From assembly GCA_963678065.2 (NCBI GenBank), contig CAXXVZ010000003.1, forward strand, positions 992,001 to 1,056,000: a stretch of DNA of 64,000 bases, given 5' to 3'. The notes below the pieces were generated by a model, which did not search any database, was not told where the DNA came from, and was given only the letters and a program-made list of their open reading frames with translations. Position numbers and translations under genes: made by a program. Each line of letters starts with the position of its first letter. Position 1 is the stretch's first letter. Origin of the DNA: Treponemataceae bacterium. Lineage in GTDB: Bacteria > Spirochaetota > Spirochaetia > Treponematales > Rectinemataceae. Positions 39,734 to 49,437 of this stretch are shown here, in pieces.

Positions 39734-40446
39734 CGCTTTCTCCCGATGGCGCGCACGGCCGGGACGAGGAAGATTGTTGTCAGGGCCAGGAAATAGGCGA
39801 TGTCCCTCGTGTCGGCGGCTCCCCCGGAGAAAGACTGGAAATGTCGGGCCATGGAAAGCCAGGCGGCCACTGCTGCGGGAAATCCCCGTGGAAAGGCGTA
39901 GCCCGCAAGTCTCTCGACAAGAAGGAGGCCTGCCAGGACTGAGGCTGAGACCAGAAAGGACTGGACCTGCGAGGAAGTGAAGGAAGAGGCCCACTGGCTC
40001 ACGGCGAGGACGGCCATCGCCATGAGGAAGAGGCCGAGAAAATTGGCGGCGATGATGCCCGGATCGAAGCTTCCGAGCAAACCCGCGGCGAAGGGGACGC
40101 CGAGCATGGGGATGAAGGAGAGCGTCATGATGGACAGGACCCCAAGATATTTTCCCGCCACGAGACAGAGGGGAGTCGCTGGAAGGGTCGCGAGCATTTC
40201 GAAGGTTCCTATCCTCCGCTCCTCTGCCCAGGATCTCATGCCGAGGGCCGACCCGGTGAAGGCGAGGACGAAGGGCATGATCGCGAAGTAGTTGCGCAGG
40301 TCGGCGAGTCCCGACGCGAAAAACTCCTTGACGAAGTACAGCCAGGCGGCCGCGAACAGTGACTGCGCAGCGACAAGCACATACACGGCGGGAGTATCGA
40401 GGGCGGAACGCAGTTCGCGCCGGGCGAGAGTCAGAGTCTGATTCAT
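39730..40446 (-). CDS. ABC-2 permease (GldF-like)
   Basis: ARRELRS...P.VYV, MRSWAEERRIGTFEMLATLP, GKYLG, D.RDIAYF. Confidence 0.9.
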   Translation of the reverse strand: MNQTLTLARRELRSALDTPAVYVLVAAQSLFAAAWLYFVKEFFASGLADLRNYFAIMPFVLAFTGSALGMRSWAEERRIGTFEMLATLPATPLCLVAGKYLGVLSIMTLSFIPMLGVPFAAGLLGSFDPGIIAANFLGLFLMAMAVLAVSQWASSFTSSQVQSFLVSASVLAGLLLVERLAGYAFPRGFPAAVAAWLSMARHFQSFSGGAADTRDIAYFLALTTIFLVPAVRAIGRKR

Positions 40447-41495
40447 TTCTTCTCCTCCCCGCGGGCCAGCTCGGCGAAGACCGCCTCGAGGGAGGGCTCC
40501 GTCAGGCCGAGGCCGAGGATGAGGAAGCCCGCGGCAGAGGCCCAGGAGGCTACACTCTCTGCGGGATCAGGAGCAGGGCGGGAGGCGGGAGAGACTTTCT
40601 CCTCGTCTGGCCTTGCGGCCTGGGCGACTTCGAGCTCGAAGGCAAAAACCCCTCCCTGCTCGGAGGCCGAAATCACGCCGCGGATGCCGGGAAGGGCGGC
40701 CAGTGCAGCGGAGAGCCCCCGAAGTCCCGCCCCGGAAGTCCCGGACACTCCACCAGTCTGTCCGGTATCCCCGTGAACAGGCTTGAGCCTGAGGCGGAGG
40801 ACAGACCCGCCCGAGGCCCGGCTCTGTCCCCGAAGAAGGCCGGCAGCGCCTGAGCGGGACTCTCCGGCAAGCCTGCCTCCGGAAAGCACGAGGATTCCGG
40901 AACAGATCGCGTCGGCCTCTCCGAGGATGTGGGTGGAGAAGAGGACTGTTCTCGTGGCGCCCAGAGCGCGGATGAGTTCCCGAATTCCGGCTGTCTGGAT
41001 GGGGTCGAGGCCGGCTGTCGGTTCATCCAGGATGAGGACAGGCGGATCATGGAGGATGGCCTGGGCGAGTCCCACCCGCTGACGGTAGCCCCGGGAGAGC
41101 GTCCCGAGAAGGCTGTGGCGTGTTTCCGCGATGCCGCAGGATTCAAGGGCGGAATCGATGGCCCGGGCGCGATGCCGTGCGGGGATGCCGCGCATGTCGG
41201 CGACGAAGCGCAGGTATTCGGCGACGCGCATCTCCGGATAGACGGGAAAGGTCTCGGGGAGGTAGCCGATCCGGCGCCTGACCCCGATGGGATCGTCGAA
41301 GATGTCGGCGCCGCAGATGCGGGCAGTTCCCGAATCGGGCAGAAGGTAGCCCGCCAGTATCCTCATGAGCGTCGATTTGCCGGCACCGTTCGGACCGAGG
41401 AGTCCGAGGACGGAGCCGGGCTCGGCCCGGAACGACAAATCGGACACAGCCAGGGTGGGGCCGAAGGATTTCCGGAGAGAATCCGCTTCGATCAC
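40443..41495 (-). CDS. ABC ATP-binding protein (GldA-like)
   Basis: GPNGAGKST, LSRGYRQRVGLAQA, LDEPTAGLDP, STHIL; start GTG 41495 or 41501. Confidence 0.92.
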   Translation of the reverse strand: MIEADSLRKSFGPTLAVSDLSFRAEPGSVLGLLGPNGAGKSTLMRILAGYLLPDSGTARICGADIFDDPIGVRRRIGYLPETFPVYPEMRVAEYLRFVADMRGIPARHRARAIDSALESCGIAETRHSLLGTLSRGYRQRVGLAQAILHDPPVLILDEPTAGLDPIQTAGIRELIRALGATRTVLFSTHILGEADAICSGILVLSGGRLAGESRSGAAGLLRGQSRASGGSVLRLRLKPVHGDTGQTGGVSGTSGAGLRGLSAALAALPGIRGVISASEQGGVFAFELEVAQAARPDEEKVSPASRPAPDPAESVASWASAAGFLILGLGLTEPSLEAVFAELARGEEKK

Positions 41496-41502
41496 GCTCA
41501 CC

Positions 41503-42432
41503 TCAATCGATGTACTCGATCGGGAAATCCATGCGGTCGCGCGTGAGTACCGTATCGGGGAAGACGACCCTCGCCTCGTCGAGCAGGAGCTTGAGGTCGC
41601 GCTCGGTGTAGCGCGGACTGTAATGGATGAGACCGAGCTTGCGCACACCGCCCGCATCTTTCGCGATCCGGGCGGCCTGCTCCGCGGTCATGTGTCTTTT
41701 TTCGACGGCGCTCGACAGAAGGGCCGACTCGAACATGCCCTCGCAGATGAGAAGGTCGGATCCGGCCACTTCCCTGGATATCTCCGGGAAATACAGGGAG
41801 TCGGTCACATAGCTGAACTTTCTTCCCGAACGGGTCGCGCCCATCACATCTCCGGGGCTCACGGTCGTCCCCGAGTCGAGTTTGACATCCTGGCCCCCCT
41901 GGAGGACGGACCACAGGGGACCGCGGGGCACGCCGAGCGCCATCGCCTTGTCGGGATGGAAGGCTCCGGGCCTCTCGTCCTCCTCCATAGTGTAGCCATA
42001 GCAGGTTTTCGTGTGCCGGAGGGGGAAGGCGCGGATGCAAAAGCCCTCTCCATGCCAGATCACGCCAGGCTCGGTGATCTCGGTGACTATGATCTCGTAG
42101 TTGATGTACATGTCGAGGGAGCGCCTGCTCTGCTCGATGTAATCGGCGAGCTTGGGCGGCCCGAAGATGTAGAGCGGCTCTTCCCTGTCGACCTGGCTCG
42201 AGAGCATGAGGATGCCCGGCAGACCCGTGACGTGGTCGGCGTGCATGTGGGAGACGAAGATCGCGGTGATCTTTTTCCACCTGAGATTGAGCCGGCGTAT
42301 GGATATCTGCGTGCCTTCGCCGCCGTCGAAGAGGAAAAGTTCTCCCTCCCGGCGGAGAAGGACGCTGGTCAAGTGACGGTGCGGCAGGGGCATCATTCCG
42401 CCGCAGCCGAGCACGAAGGCTTCCAGATTCAT
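41503..42432 (-). CDS. rnz: ribonuclease Z
   Basis: DGGEGTQ, SHMHADHVTGLPG, exosite GVPRGP, EGMF, HMT, HYSPRY. Confidence 0.95.
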   Translation of the reverse strand: MNLEAFVLGCGGMMPLPHRHLTSVLLRREGELFLFDGGEGTQISIRRLNLRWKKITAIFVSHMHADHVTGLPGILMLSSQVDREEPLYIFGPPKLADYIEQSRRSLDMYINYEIIVTEITEPGVIWHGEGFCIRAFPLRHTKTCYGYTMEEDERPGAFHPDKAMALGVPRGPLWSVLQGGQDVKLDSGTTVSPGDVMGATRSGRKFSYVTDSLYFPEISREVAGSDLLICEGMFESALLSSAVEKRHMTAEQAARIAKDAGGVRKLGLIHYSPRYTERDLKLLLDEARVVFPDTVLTRDRMDFPIEYID

Positions 42433-42570
42433 GTGGGGCGACTATATACGAAACTCGGACCGGCATCAACCTGCCCTGCGCGTCCCGGTGGACGACTTGC
42501 CGGGTCCGGCGCGGCGGTCAGACGCAAAAAGGTCTTGTACCTCAAGGCTTTGCCATGCGACTATCAGTCC

Positions 42571-44049
42571 ATGGATGATTTTTCCCGACTCGGTCTCTCG
42601 GACAATCTTGCTTCGGCACTCGCGTCTTTCGGTTTCGCGACACCCACTCCCGTACAGAACACGGCGATCCCCCTCGTCCTCTCAGGACGGGATCTCTACA
42701 TGGAGGCAGAGACGGGAACCGGCAAGACCTTCGCCTACCTCGCCCCTGCTCTCGAACTCATCATGAAACCCCGGAAGCCGGTCGCGCAGTCGAAGCCGAT
42801 GGCACAGGCTGGCCCGGGAGCTTCAGATGCGCCAGTCCCGACACAGAAGCCGGAAGCGCGGCCCTCGGGCGCCCCCATACACCGGCCGGAAGGCCCGGGC
42901 CTCCTCGTGGCCGCCCCGACCCAGGAGCTGGCTGTCCAGATCGGGCGCGAGGCCGAGAAGCTCGTAGCGGCGGCCGGCCTCTCCCTCGAAGTCGCCGTCC
43001 TCCTCGGCGGCAGCCCCCTCTCCCGCCAGGAAACGGCCCTGAAGCGGAGGCCGGCCATCGTCGTCGGAACCCTCGGACGGCTCGCCGACCTCGCCAGGTC
43101 GACGATTCTGAAGCTGCGCGGTCTCTCTGTCATTGTCTTCGACGAGGCGGACCGCATGCTCGCTCCCGAAACGGAGGTCGAGATGCTGGGCCTCCTCGAG
43201 TCGGCGCCCCGCAGCTGCACGAGGCTCCTCGTCTCGGCCACCCTGCCGAACCGAATACGCACCCTGACCGCCCCATACATGAGTGACCCCGTCTCCATCG
43301 ACGTGCAGGGCGAGCCCGTCCTCGCGGGCAATATCGAACACTGGTGCCTCTACTGCGATTCGCGCAAGCGCGTCGACTTCGTCCGGAAGCTCGAAGCGGC
43401 CGTCCGGCCTCCTCGCTGCCTCGTCTTCATGGCCCAGGCCGCCCGCGTCGCCGAAACAGCCGAAAAGCTGGCCGCGCGCGATCTCCCCGTCGGTGCCATC
43501 TCTGCCCGCATGGACAAGGAAGACCGTCGTGTGGCCCTGGACCGCTTCGCGCGGGGAGAAATCCGTTACCTCGTGACGAGCGACCTCGCTGCCCGCGGGC
43601 TCGACATTCCCGGCATCACCCACGTGCTCAGCCTCGACCTCCCTGAAGAGGCGACCATCTACACCCACAGGGCGGGAAGAACCGGACGCGCGGGCGCGAA
43701 GGGCGTCAGCGTCGTCCTCGCCGACAGGGTCGAACTCGAGAGGGCGTCCAAGATGGCCGTCAAGGGCGGCTTCGTCTTCCGCTGCAAGCTGCTCGCGGAG
43801 GGCTCGGTCCTCGAGCCGACTACGGCCGAATTCTTCGACATGGTCGAGGCGGCCTGGGAGGAAAAATCCGCCTACCGCAGCAAGCGGGACTCCGCTCCCT
43901 CCGCCCGCAGGCAGGAATATCACCCCAGGCCGGAAGAATCCCGCCGCAGGCCCGATGGTGAACGGCAGGGCAGGCCCGGAACGGATTCACGCCGCAGGCC
44001 CGGAGGATCGGGCAGCGCTCTCCCCCGCCGGCCGAAAAGTGGCCACTAG
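42571..44049 (+). CDS. DEAD-box RNA helicase
   Basis: Q-motif PTPVQ, AETGTGKT, PTQELA, DEAD, SAT, ARGLD, HRAGRTGRAG, basic tail. Confidence 0.95.
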   Translation: MDDFSRLGLSDNLASALASFGFATPTPVQNTAIPLVLSGRDLYMEAETGTGKTFAYLAPALELIMKPRKPVAQSKPMAQAGPGASDAPVPTQKPEARPSGAPIHRPEGPGLLVAAPTQELAVQIGREAEKLVAAAGLSLEVAVLLGGSPLSRQETALKRRPAIVVGTLGRLADLARSTILKLRGLSVIVFDEADRMLAPETEVEMLGLLESAPRSCTRLLVSATLPNRIRTLTAPYMSDPVSIDVQGEPVLAGNIEHWCLYCDSRKRVDFVRKLEAAVRPPRCLVFMAQAARVAETAEKLAARDLPVGAISARMDKEDRRVALDRFARGEIRYLVTSDLAARGLDIPGITHVLSLDLPEEATIYTHRAGRTGRAGAKGVSVVLADRVELERASKMAVKGGFVFRCKLLAEGSVLEPTTAEFFDMVEAAWEEKSAYRSKRDSAPSARRQEYHPRPEESRRRPDGERQGRPGTDSRRRPGGSGSALPRRPKSGH

Positions 44050-44052
44050 CCG

Positions 44053-46587
44053 ATGGCACCGAGCGTGAACGAGGGGGACTATCCCCTCCTGTACGAGACT
44101 CCGGCCATCATCCCGGCCGTCCTCGACGACATGGCCAACCCCGCCTGGGAAGACGCGCCGTTCAGGATTCTCATAGTGCGGCTCTCGCGATACGCCGACA
44201 TCACGAAGTCCAGCTCCCACCTCTTCCTGTTTTCGGAATCGAGGCAGGCCATGCCCGGGGCCTTCCTCGATTTCGCCTTTCTCCCTGAACGGCGGGACAG
44301 GGAGACGCTCCTCGAAAAGGGTCTTCCCTGGTTTTTCGGCAGGGCCTCGGGCAGAAGCCCGGCGGACTTCGACCTCATCCTCATTTCGAACGCCTTCGCC
44401 CTCGAGCTTCTCAACCTGCCCTGGCTCTTCTCGACCGCGGGACTTCCCCTGCGCGCGTCGGGACGAGCCGGGCTCGCGCACTCTCCTTACGTCATCCTCG
44501 GCGGCTCCAACGCCGCCCTGGCCGGCTCCCTCGTGTTCGACGAGGGCGGCCCGGAAGAGGACTCCTTCGTCGACGCCATCTTCTTCGGCGAAGGGGAAGG
44601 CGCCATCGCGGAAATACTCGAAGCGACGGCCGAGTCTGCCGGCCGGCAGGGGGCGCTCGAAGCCCTCGCCGGAATCGCCGGTCTCTGGATTCCGGGCAAG
44701 CCGTCGGCGGGCCCGGTGGAACGGGAGAGCCGACCCAGGCGCAGGATCCTCCGCCCCGCGCCGCCGGCCCTGACGGACTACCCCATCCTCAATTCTGAGG
44801 AGGCGGGAACGGCGAGACTCGCGATCACGGCGGGATGCCCCGGCCTCTGCTCCTTCTGCCTCGAGGGCTGGGACCGCCTGCCCTACCGGGAAATCCCCCT
44901 TTCCGAAGTCCTCGATTCGGCCCGGAAGCTCAGGACCGCGAGCGGGGCCGAGACGCTCGAAGTCTACAGTTTCAACTTCAACACCCACGCTTCTGTCTTT
45001 GAGCTGTTTTTCGAGCTCGGCCGCATTTTCCGCCGCGTCAACTTCATGAGTCAGAGGGTCGACATCCTGGCCCGCACTCCCGGCCTGGCCGCGGCTGAGT
45101 TCGCGGCCGACAAGCACTCCTTCACCCTCGGCATCGAGGGCATCTCGGAGCGCATGCGGCGGTATTACCGCAAAGGACTCGACGCGGCGGACATCAAGGC
45201 GGCCCTCGACCGCCTCCTCTCGCCCGGACTGCGCGAACTCAAGCTCTTCTTCATCATCGCGGGAATCGAGGACGCCGCTGACATTGCAGAGTTCGGGGAC
45301 TTCGTTTCCTCCCTCGCAGCGCTGAAATCCGCGCGCTCGGCCGGAACCCGGCTCCTCGTCTCCGCGGGCTTCCTCGTGCGGCTGCCCTTCACTCCCCTCC
45401 AGTACGCCCCGCTCGAATTGGATCAGGGCAAACTCGAAGGACTCGCCCGAAGGCTCGCCGGGCTCTGCGAGGCGAAGGGCGTCGAATTCCGCATCGCATC
45501 CCGCTTCGACGAGTACGCGATGGACCAGGTTCTGGCCCTCGGAGGCTCCCCGCTCGCCGGATGGCTCGAATCAGTTCCGGGAAAAGGCTTCAGCTACGAC
45601 AGTTCGCTCTCCCGCGGCGCGTGGCCTTCGCTGGAGTCCTGGGCGCATGGCGGCGGTTTCCTCGCCGAATCGTTCCTCGACGAGAAAGGACCAGACTTCC
45701 GCCCCCCCCTCGGTTTCATGGAGGCGCCGGAGCGGCATGCCCTCCTCAGGCGGCATTACGAGGAAGCCAGGAACGGGGTGGATCGTCCCCTCTGCCTCGG
45801 CTCGGGCTGCTCGGATTGCGGCGCCTGCGCCGATCCCGAAGACAGAAAATCCATCGCCGCGCACAGGAACGCCAGGCTCGCGGATTCCTCGCTCGTGACG
45901 AAAACCGCCCGACTCGTGGCCGCGAAAAACGCTTTTATTCCCTTGCGTATCGCCGTGAACCTTCCAGAGAGCCTTTCCGGCTCCAGTCCGGAATACAAGG
46001 GCTCCTGGTTCCTGCGCAGGCTCTCCGAAGTCCATCCCGAGGCCTGGAAAATGGTCTTCCAGGCGCGGGAATCCCTCTTTTCGGCAGGAAAACTGTCCGG
46101 ACTTCTGCCCGAGCGCGCGGGATTCTGGGGAAAGTGCGTCTTCGAACTGTATGGCCCGGACCGGGAGGCCATAGCCCGGCTCGTCTCGGCCCTCCGCACT
46201 CGCCACGCGGGCCCGGAGGGATTCAGAGTCGGCGCGCCGGAAGGGCCCTGCGCGGAGCCCGCGTCGAGGATCGACCTGCGGATCGCGATCGGCGACGCCG
46301 GCTTCGCGGCAAAAGCCCTGCCCGCATTCAGGCGCTGGCTCTCGGAGCTCCACGTCGAGGCGACGGAGGAAGCGACAGTGGAGAAAGATACCCTCCAACG
46401 GATTTTCCGCCCTTCCTCCCGCGGCCTGAAAAAGGGTCTTGTCCACGAAGCGCGCATCCGCGTGGAAGAAGGCAAGGCCATCGCCGATCTCATCTGCGGC
46501 CCCAAGGCCCGGATCGGTGAATGGCTCGACATGATCGACCCGCTCGCGGCGACGGCCGCCTCGATACAGGTCAGGGAATGGGAGTAA
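44053..46587 (+). CDS. radical SAM protein, divergent TIGR03960-like, with C-terminal extension
   Basis: CPGLCSFC; N-terminal DFDLILIS..LELLN..AGLPL..GG..GEGE; CLGSGCSDCGAC. Confidence 0.8.
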   Translation: MAPSVNEGDYPLLYETPAIIPAVLDDMANPAWEDAPFRILIVRLSRYADITKSSSHLFLFSESRQAMPGAFLDFAFLPERRDRETLLEKGLPWFFGRASGRSPADFDLILISNAFALELLNLPWLFSTAGLPLRASGRAGLAHSPYVILGGSNAALAGSLVFDEGGPEEDSFVDAIFFGEGEGAIAEILEATAESAGRQGALEALAGIAGLWIPGKPSAGPVERESRPRRRILRPAPPALTDYPILNSEEAGTARLAITAGCPGLCSFCLEGWDRLPYREIPLSEVLDSARKLRTASGAETLEVYSFNFNTHASVFELFFELGRIFRRVNFMSQRVDILARTPGLAAAEFAADKHSFTLGIEGISERMRRYYRKGLDAADIKAALDRLLSPGLRELKLFFIIAGIEDAADIAEFGDFVSSLAALKSARSAGTRLLVSAGFLVRLPFTPLQYAPLELDQGKLEGLARRLAGLCEAKGVEFRIASRFDEYAMDQVLALGGSPLAGWLESVPGKGFSYDSSLSRGAWPSLESWAHGGGFLAESFLDEKGPDFRPPLGFMEAPERHALLRRHYEEARNGVDRPLCLGSGCSDCGACADPEDRKSIAAHRNARLADSSLVTKTARLVAAKNAFIPLRIAVNLPESLSGSSPEYKGSWFLRRLSEVHPEAWKMVFQARESLFSAGKLSGLLPERAGFWGKCVFELYGPDREAIARLVSALRTRHAGPEGFRVGAPEGPCAEPASRIDLRIAIGDAGFAAKALPAFRRWLSELHVEATEEATVEKDTLQRIFRPSSRGLKKGLVHEARIRVEEGKAIADLICGPKARIGEWLDMIDPLAATAASIQVREWE

Positions 46588-46957
46588 AGGCGGAATCGGG
46601 AATGTAGGCGGCCACGCTGGTGGGAGTCTCGAAGACCTCGACGGCCGAAAGCGGTGCCCGAGGAAGCGTTTCCCGTATGCCTTCGTAGATGTACCGGGCT
46701 ATCCTCTCCGCGGATGGGTCATCCGCGAATACCTCGAGATCATTCAGATTGCTGTGGTCAAGGACAGAAAGAACTTTCCTGAGCGCCCCCTTCAGCTCGC
46801 CGAAATCCAGAAGCATGCCGCCTGAATCCAGCTCCGGCCCCGCAGCGTGGACCCTGACCCGGTAATTGTGCCCGTGCAGACGCTCGCACTTGCCGTGGTA
46901 GTGGCTGAGAAAGTGCGCCGCCGCGAAATCCGCCTCGACCCGTACTGTGTACATCAT
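46571..46957 (-). CDS. queD: 6-carboxytetrahydropterin synthase (PTPS family)
   Basis: FAAAH, CERLHGHNY, LDF..LK, LDH..LN, PSAE.IA, FETP. Confidence 0.93.
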   Translation of the reverse strand: MMYTVRVEADFAAAHFLSHYHGKCERLHGHNYRVRVHAAGPELDSGGMLLDFGELKGALRKVLSVLDHSNLNDLEVFADDPSAERIARYIYEGIRETLPRAPLSAVEVFETPTSVAAYIPDSAFTPIP

Positions 46958-47015
46958 TTTACTCCGAGGATCACAAATTCTTCCGTAAACCCTGTCAATC
47001 CAGTCTGATTACGAT

Positions 47016-47053
47016 TATGATTCAAAATACAGAGAAATCCATACATTTACAGG
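47016..47053. promoter_or_regulatory. possible ARG-box-like pair over the OMP gene promoter
   Basis: TGATTCAAAATACA (47018-31) and TCCATACATTTACA (47038-51), overlapping the TATGAT -10. Confidence 0.3.
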
Positions 47054-47062
47054 AGGGTATCG

Positions 47063-47608
47063 ATGACAAAGAAAGTAATTCTGGCGCTTCTGGTTCTCGC
47101 TCTCGCGGTCGCTCCGGTTTTCGCCCAGTTCAGGCTCGAAGTCGGCGCCGAAGTTCCACTCGGAGGCGGATACATCGACAGCTCCGGCAACTTCCACAAC
47201 GAAGGAAGTCTTTTTGGCAGCAACATATTCCCGATTCCCGAAGTCGGACTGTCCTACAGGATTCCGGTGCTGGGCTTCATGCGCGTCGGCGCGGGGCTGA
47301 GGGCCTTCAGCATAATCGTCCAGACGATCGCGTTCCCCAATGTGTACGCCGAGGCTAAATTCGGACCGTTCATCGTCGAGGCGCAGGTGGGCGGGCTCGC
47401 GTTCGCATCCTTCGGCTCGGGGGGAACATACTTCGAGACCGGACTCAACGTGCTCGTCCCCGATATTTCGGCCTGGATAGGATTCGGCAAGGATGGCGCG
47501 GTGAGGATAGGCGGAGGCGTGATCGGACTCAGCGGGACCAAGCTCGATTCCACCATGACAATTCCGGTCATATATTACGCGGGAGCGAAACTGATTCTCA
47601 ACCCATAA
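47063..47608 (+). CDS. small secreted protein, probable outer-membrane beta-barrel
   Basis: SD AGGAGG, signal peptide ending VFA-Q, Gly/aromatic amphipathic strands. Confidence 0.7.
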   Translation: MTKKVILALLVLALAVAPVFAQFRLEVGAEVPLGGGYIDSSGNFHNEGSLFGSNIFPIPEVGLSYRIPVLGFMRVGAGLRAFSIIVQTIAFPNVYAEAKFGPFIVEAQVGGLAFASFGSGGTYFETGLNVLVPDISAWIGFGKDGAVRIGGGVIGLSGTKLDSTMTIPVIYYAGAKLILNP

Positions 47609-47620
47609 AGCTACCTCAGC

Positions 47621-47666
47621 GGATCAGCCCCAGCTCCATGCGGCCGCGGCATAGCGGGGCTGATCC
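47621..47666 (+). terminator. hairpin after the OMP gene (terminator or stabiliser)
   Basis: GGATCAGCCCC / GGGGCTGATCC 11-bp stem with further inner pairing; no U-tract on the plus strand. Confidence 0.5.
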
Positions 47667-47766
47667 TGAAAAATCCTGTCACATCCTTTCCGGGCTTTCA
47701 CAATACCGGACCTGAGCGGCCGCGACTTCTTGAAGATGCGCCGCCGCGGGTGCTATGGTTGGCAGC

Positions 47767-49437
47767 ATGGAACGACCACTGCGCAACTGCATCTCCGGAC
47801 TCTCCATTCTCGAGGCGAGCGGACCCGGCAACCCACGTATCGCAGGATTAGCCTACGATTCCCGGTCGGTGCGGGAGGGCTTCCTTTTTTTCGCCCTTCC
47901 CGGCCTCCACGAGGACGGCCACCGCTTCATCGATGCGGCCATCGATCGAGGCGCCGTCGCCGTGGTCCACTGTCTCCCCATTCAAAACAAGAGACCCGGC
48001 CTCTCGTACATCAGGGTGGCCGATCCGCGCAGCGCCATGTCGCCCGTGGCGGCTTCGTTCTATGGACATCCCTGCCGGGACCTCACCGTCATAGGCGTCA
48101 CGGGAACAGAAGGAAAAAGTACCACCGTCTACCTCATCTACCAGCTCCTTGAACTCGCAGGCAGGAAGGCCGGCTTCTTCTCTACGGTCATGTCGAGAAC
48201 ATCCTCTGGCGAGGTCCCCAACCCGGAACACCAGACCACGCCCGAGGCCACGGCCATCCACAGGATGCTCGCGGAAATGCGGGATGCCGGCCTCGGGTAC
48301 GCTGTCGTCGAGGCATCATCCCACGGCCTCTCCGAGCGGACGAACCGCCTCGGCGATGTCGGTTTCGACGTCGGCATCATGACGAACGTCACGCACGAGC
48401 ACCTCGAATTCCACGGAACCTGGGAACAATACCGGAGCGACAAAGGCCGACTCTTCCGCGCGCTCTGTCCGGAAGGCCGTCCTGTCCCCGGCGAAAGCGG
48501 GAAACTGCGGCCGGCCTTCGGCATCGTCAACGCGAATGATCCTTCGGCCGCGTGGTTCCAGGATCAGACCCGAGCGCATGTTTATGCGTTTTCCGTCGGC
48601 GAGGCGAAGAATTTCGCGCAGCCTGATCTGCGGGCCCTCTCCGTACGGGCGGATGCCAAGGGAGAGGATTTCGTCATCGAAGGACCGAGTCTTGCAGGAC
48701 CCGCGGACAGGACCGCCGCCGCCTTCGCGCTGCCCCAGGCTGCCAGCTCCTCCTCGGGCGAGGCGGCAAAGGCCCTCCACCGGGTGGACGCGCGGATCAA
48801 CCTGCCAGGCTCCTTCAACGTCGGCAATGCCCTCGCCGCCCTCATCGCCGTGTCGGGACTTACGGGCCGCGACTGGCCCGAACTCGTCCCGCTTCTGCCC
48901 TCGCTCCGGCCCGTGTATGGCCGCATGACGGCGATAGAAGAAGGTCAGCCCTTCGAACTCGTCATCGACTACGCCCACACGCCGTCCTCCTTCGAGGCCA
49001 TCTTCCCTCCCCTGCGCGGGCGCGTCCGGGGCAGAATCATCTGCCTCTTCGGTTCGGGAGGAGAGCGCGACAGGGCAAAACGCCCCGAGCAGGGCCGGAT
49101 AGCCTCCCGCTTCTGCGACATCATCATCCTCGCCGACGAGGACCCCCGAGGCGAAGATCCTGAGGAGCTCCTCAGGGAAATCGCCGCCGGCTGCCCCGAA
49201 AGGACGGAGGGTTCCGATCTCTTCCTCATCCCCGACCGGAAGGCCGCCATACGGAAGGCCTTCAGCCTCGCGGGCCCCGGGGATCTCGTCCTTCTCCTCG
49301 GAAAGGGGCACGAGAATTCCATCATAAAAGCGGACGGGGCCCAGCCCTACGACGAGGCGGGCGAGGCTCGTTCAGCCCTGGCCGAGATGGGCTACCCCGC
49401 GGCGCAGGCGACGGCTTCAAAAAAGGACCTGCGATGA
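47767..49437 (+). CDS. murE: UDP-MurNAc-L-Ala-D-Glu diamino-acid ligase (EDPR type, probably L-ornithine)
   Basis: YDSR, GVTGTEGKST, TTPE, EASSHGL, TNVTHEHLEFH, DYAHTP, GERD, EDPR, GKGHE. Confidence 0.95.
   Translation: MERPLRNCISGLSILEASGPGNPRIAGLAYDSRSVREGFLFFALPGLHEDGHRFIDAAIDRGAVAVVHCLPIQNKRPGLSYIRVADPRSAMSPVAASFYGHPCRDLTVIGVTGTEGKSTTVYLIYQLLELAGRKAGFFSTVMSRTSSGEVPNPEHQTTPEATAIHRMLAEMRDAGLGYAVVEASSHGLSERTNRLGDVGFDVGIMTNVTHEHLEFHGTWEQYRSDKGRLFRALCPEGRPVPGESGKLRPAFGIVNANDPSAAWFQDQTRAHVYAFSVGEAKNFAQPDLRALSVRADAKGEDFVIEGPSLAGPADRTAAAFALPQAASSSSGEAAKALHRVDARINLPGSFNVGNALAALIAVSGLTGRDWPELVPLLPSLRPVYGRMTAIEEGQPFELVIDYAHTPSSFEAIFPPLRGRVRGRIICLFGSGGERDRAKRPEQGRIASRFCDIIILADEDPRGEDPEELLREIAAGCPERTEGSDLFLIPDRKAAIRKAFSLAGPGDLVLLLGKGHENSIIKADGAQPYDEAGEARSALAEMGYPAAQATASKKDLR

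Noticed and set aside
41365..42570. 400-aa N-terminal extension of the DEAD-box ORF
   Set aside because: It is the antisense of rnz; the helicase starts at 42571 with its own promoter. The same applies to extensions on iscS, the AEC transporter, the GldG-like gene, miaB and the beta subunit.
43900..44040. Repeated CGCAGGCCCG units
   Set aside because: They encode the Arg/Pro-rich basic tail typical of DEAD-box helicases; irregular spacing, not CRISPR
46958..47010. preQ1 riboswitch upstream of queD
   Set aside because: The leader is very short and lacks the preQ1 stem-loop and A-rich tail consensus
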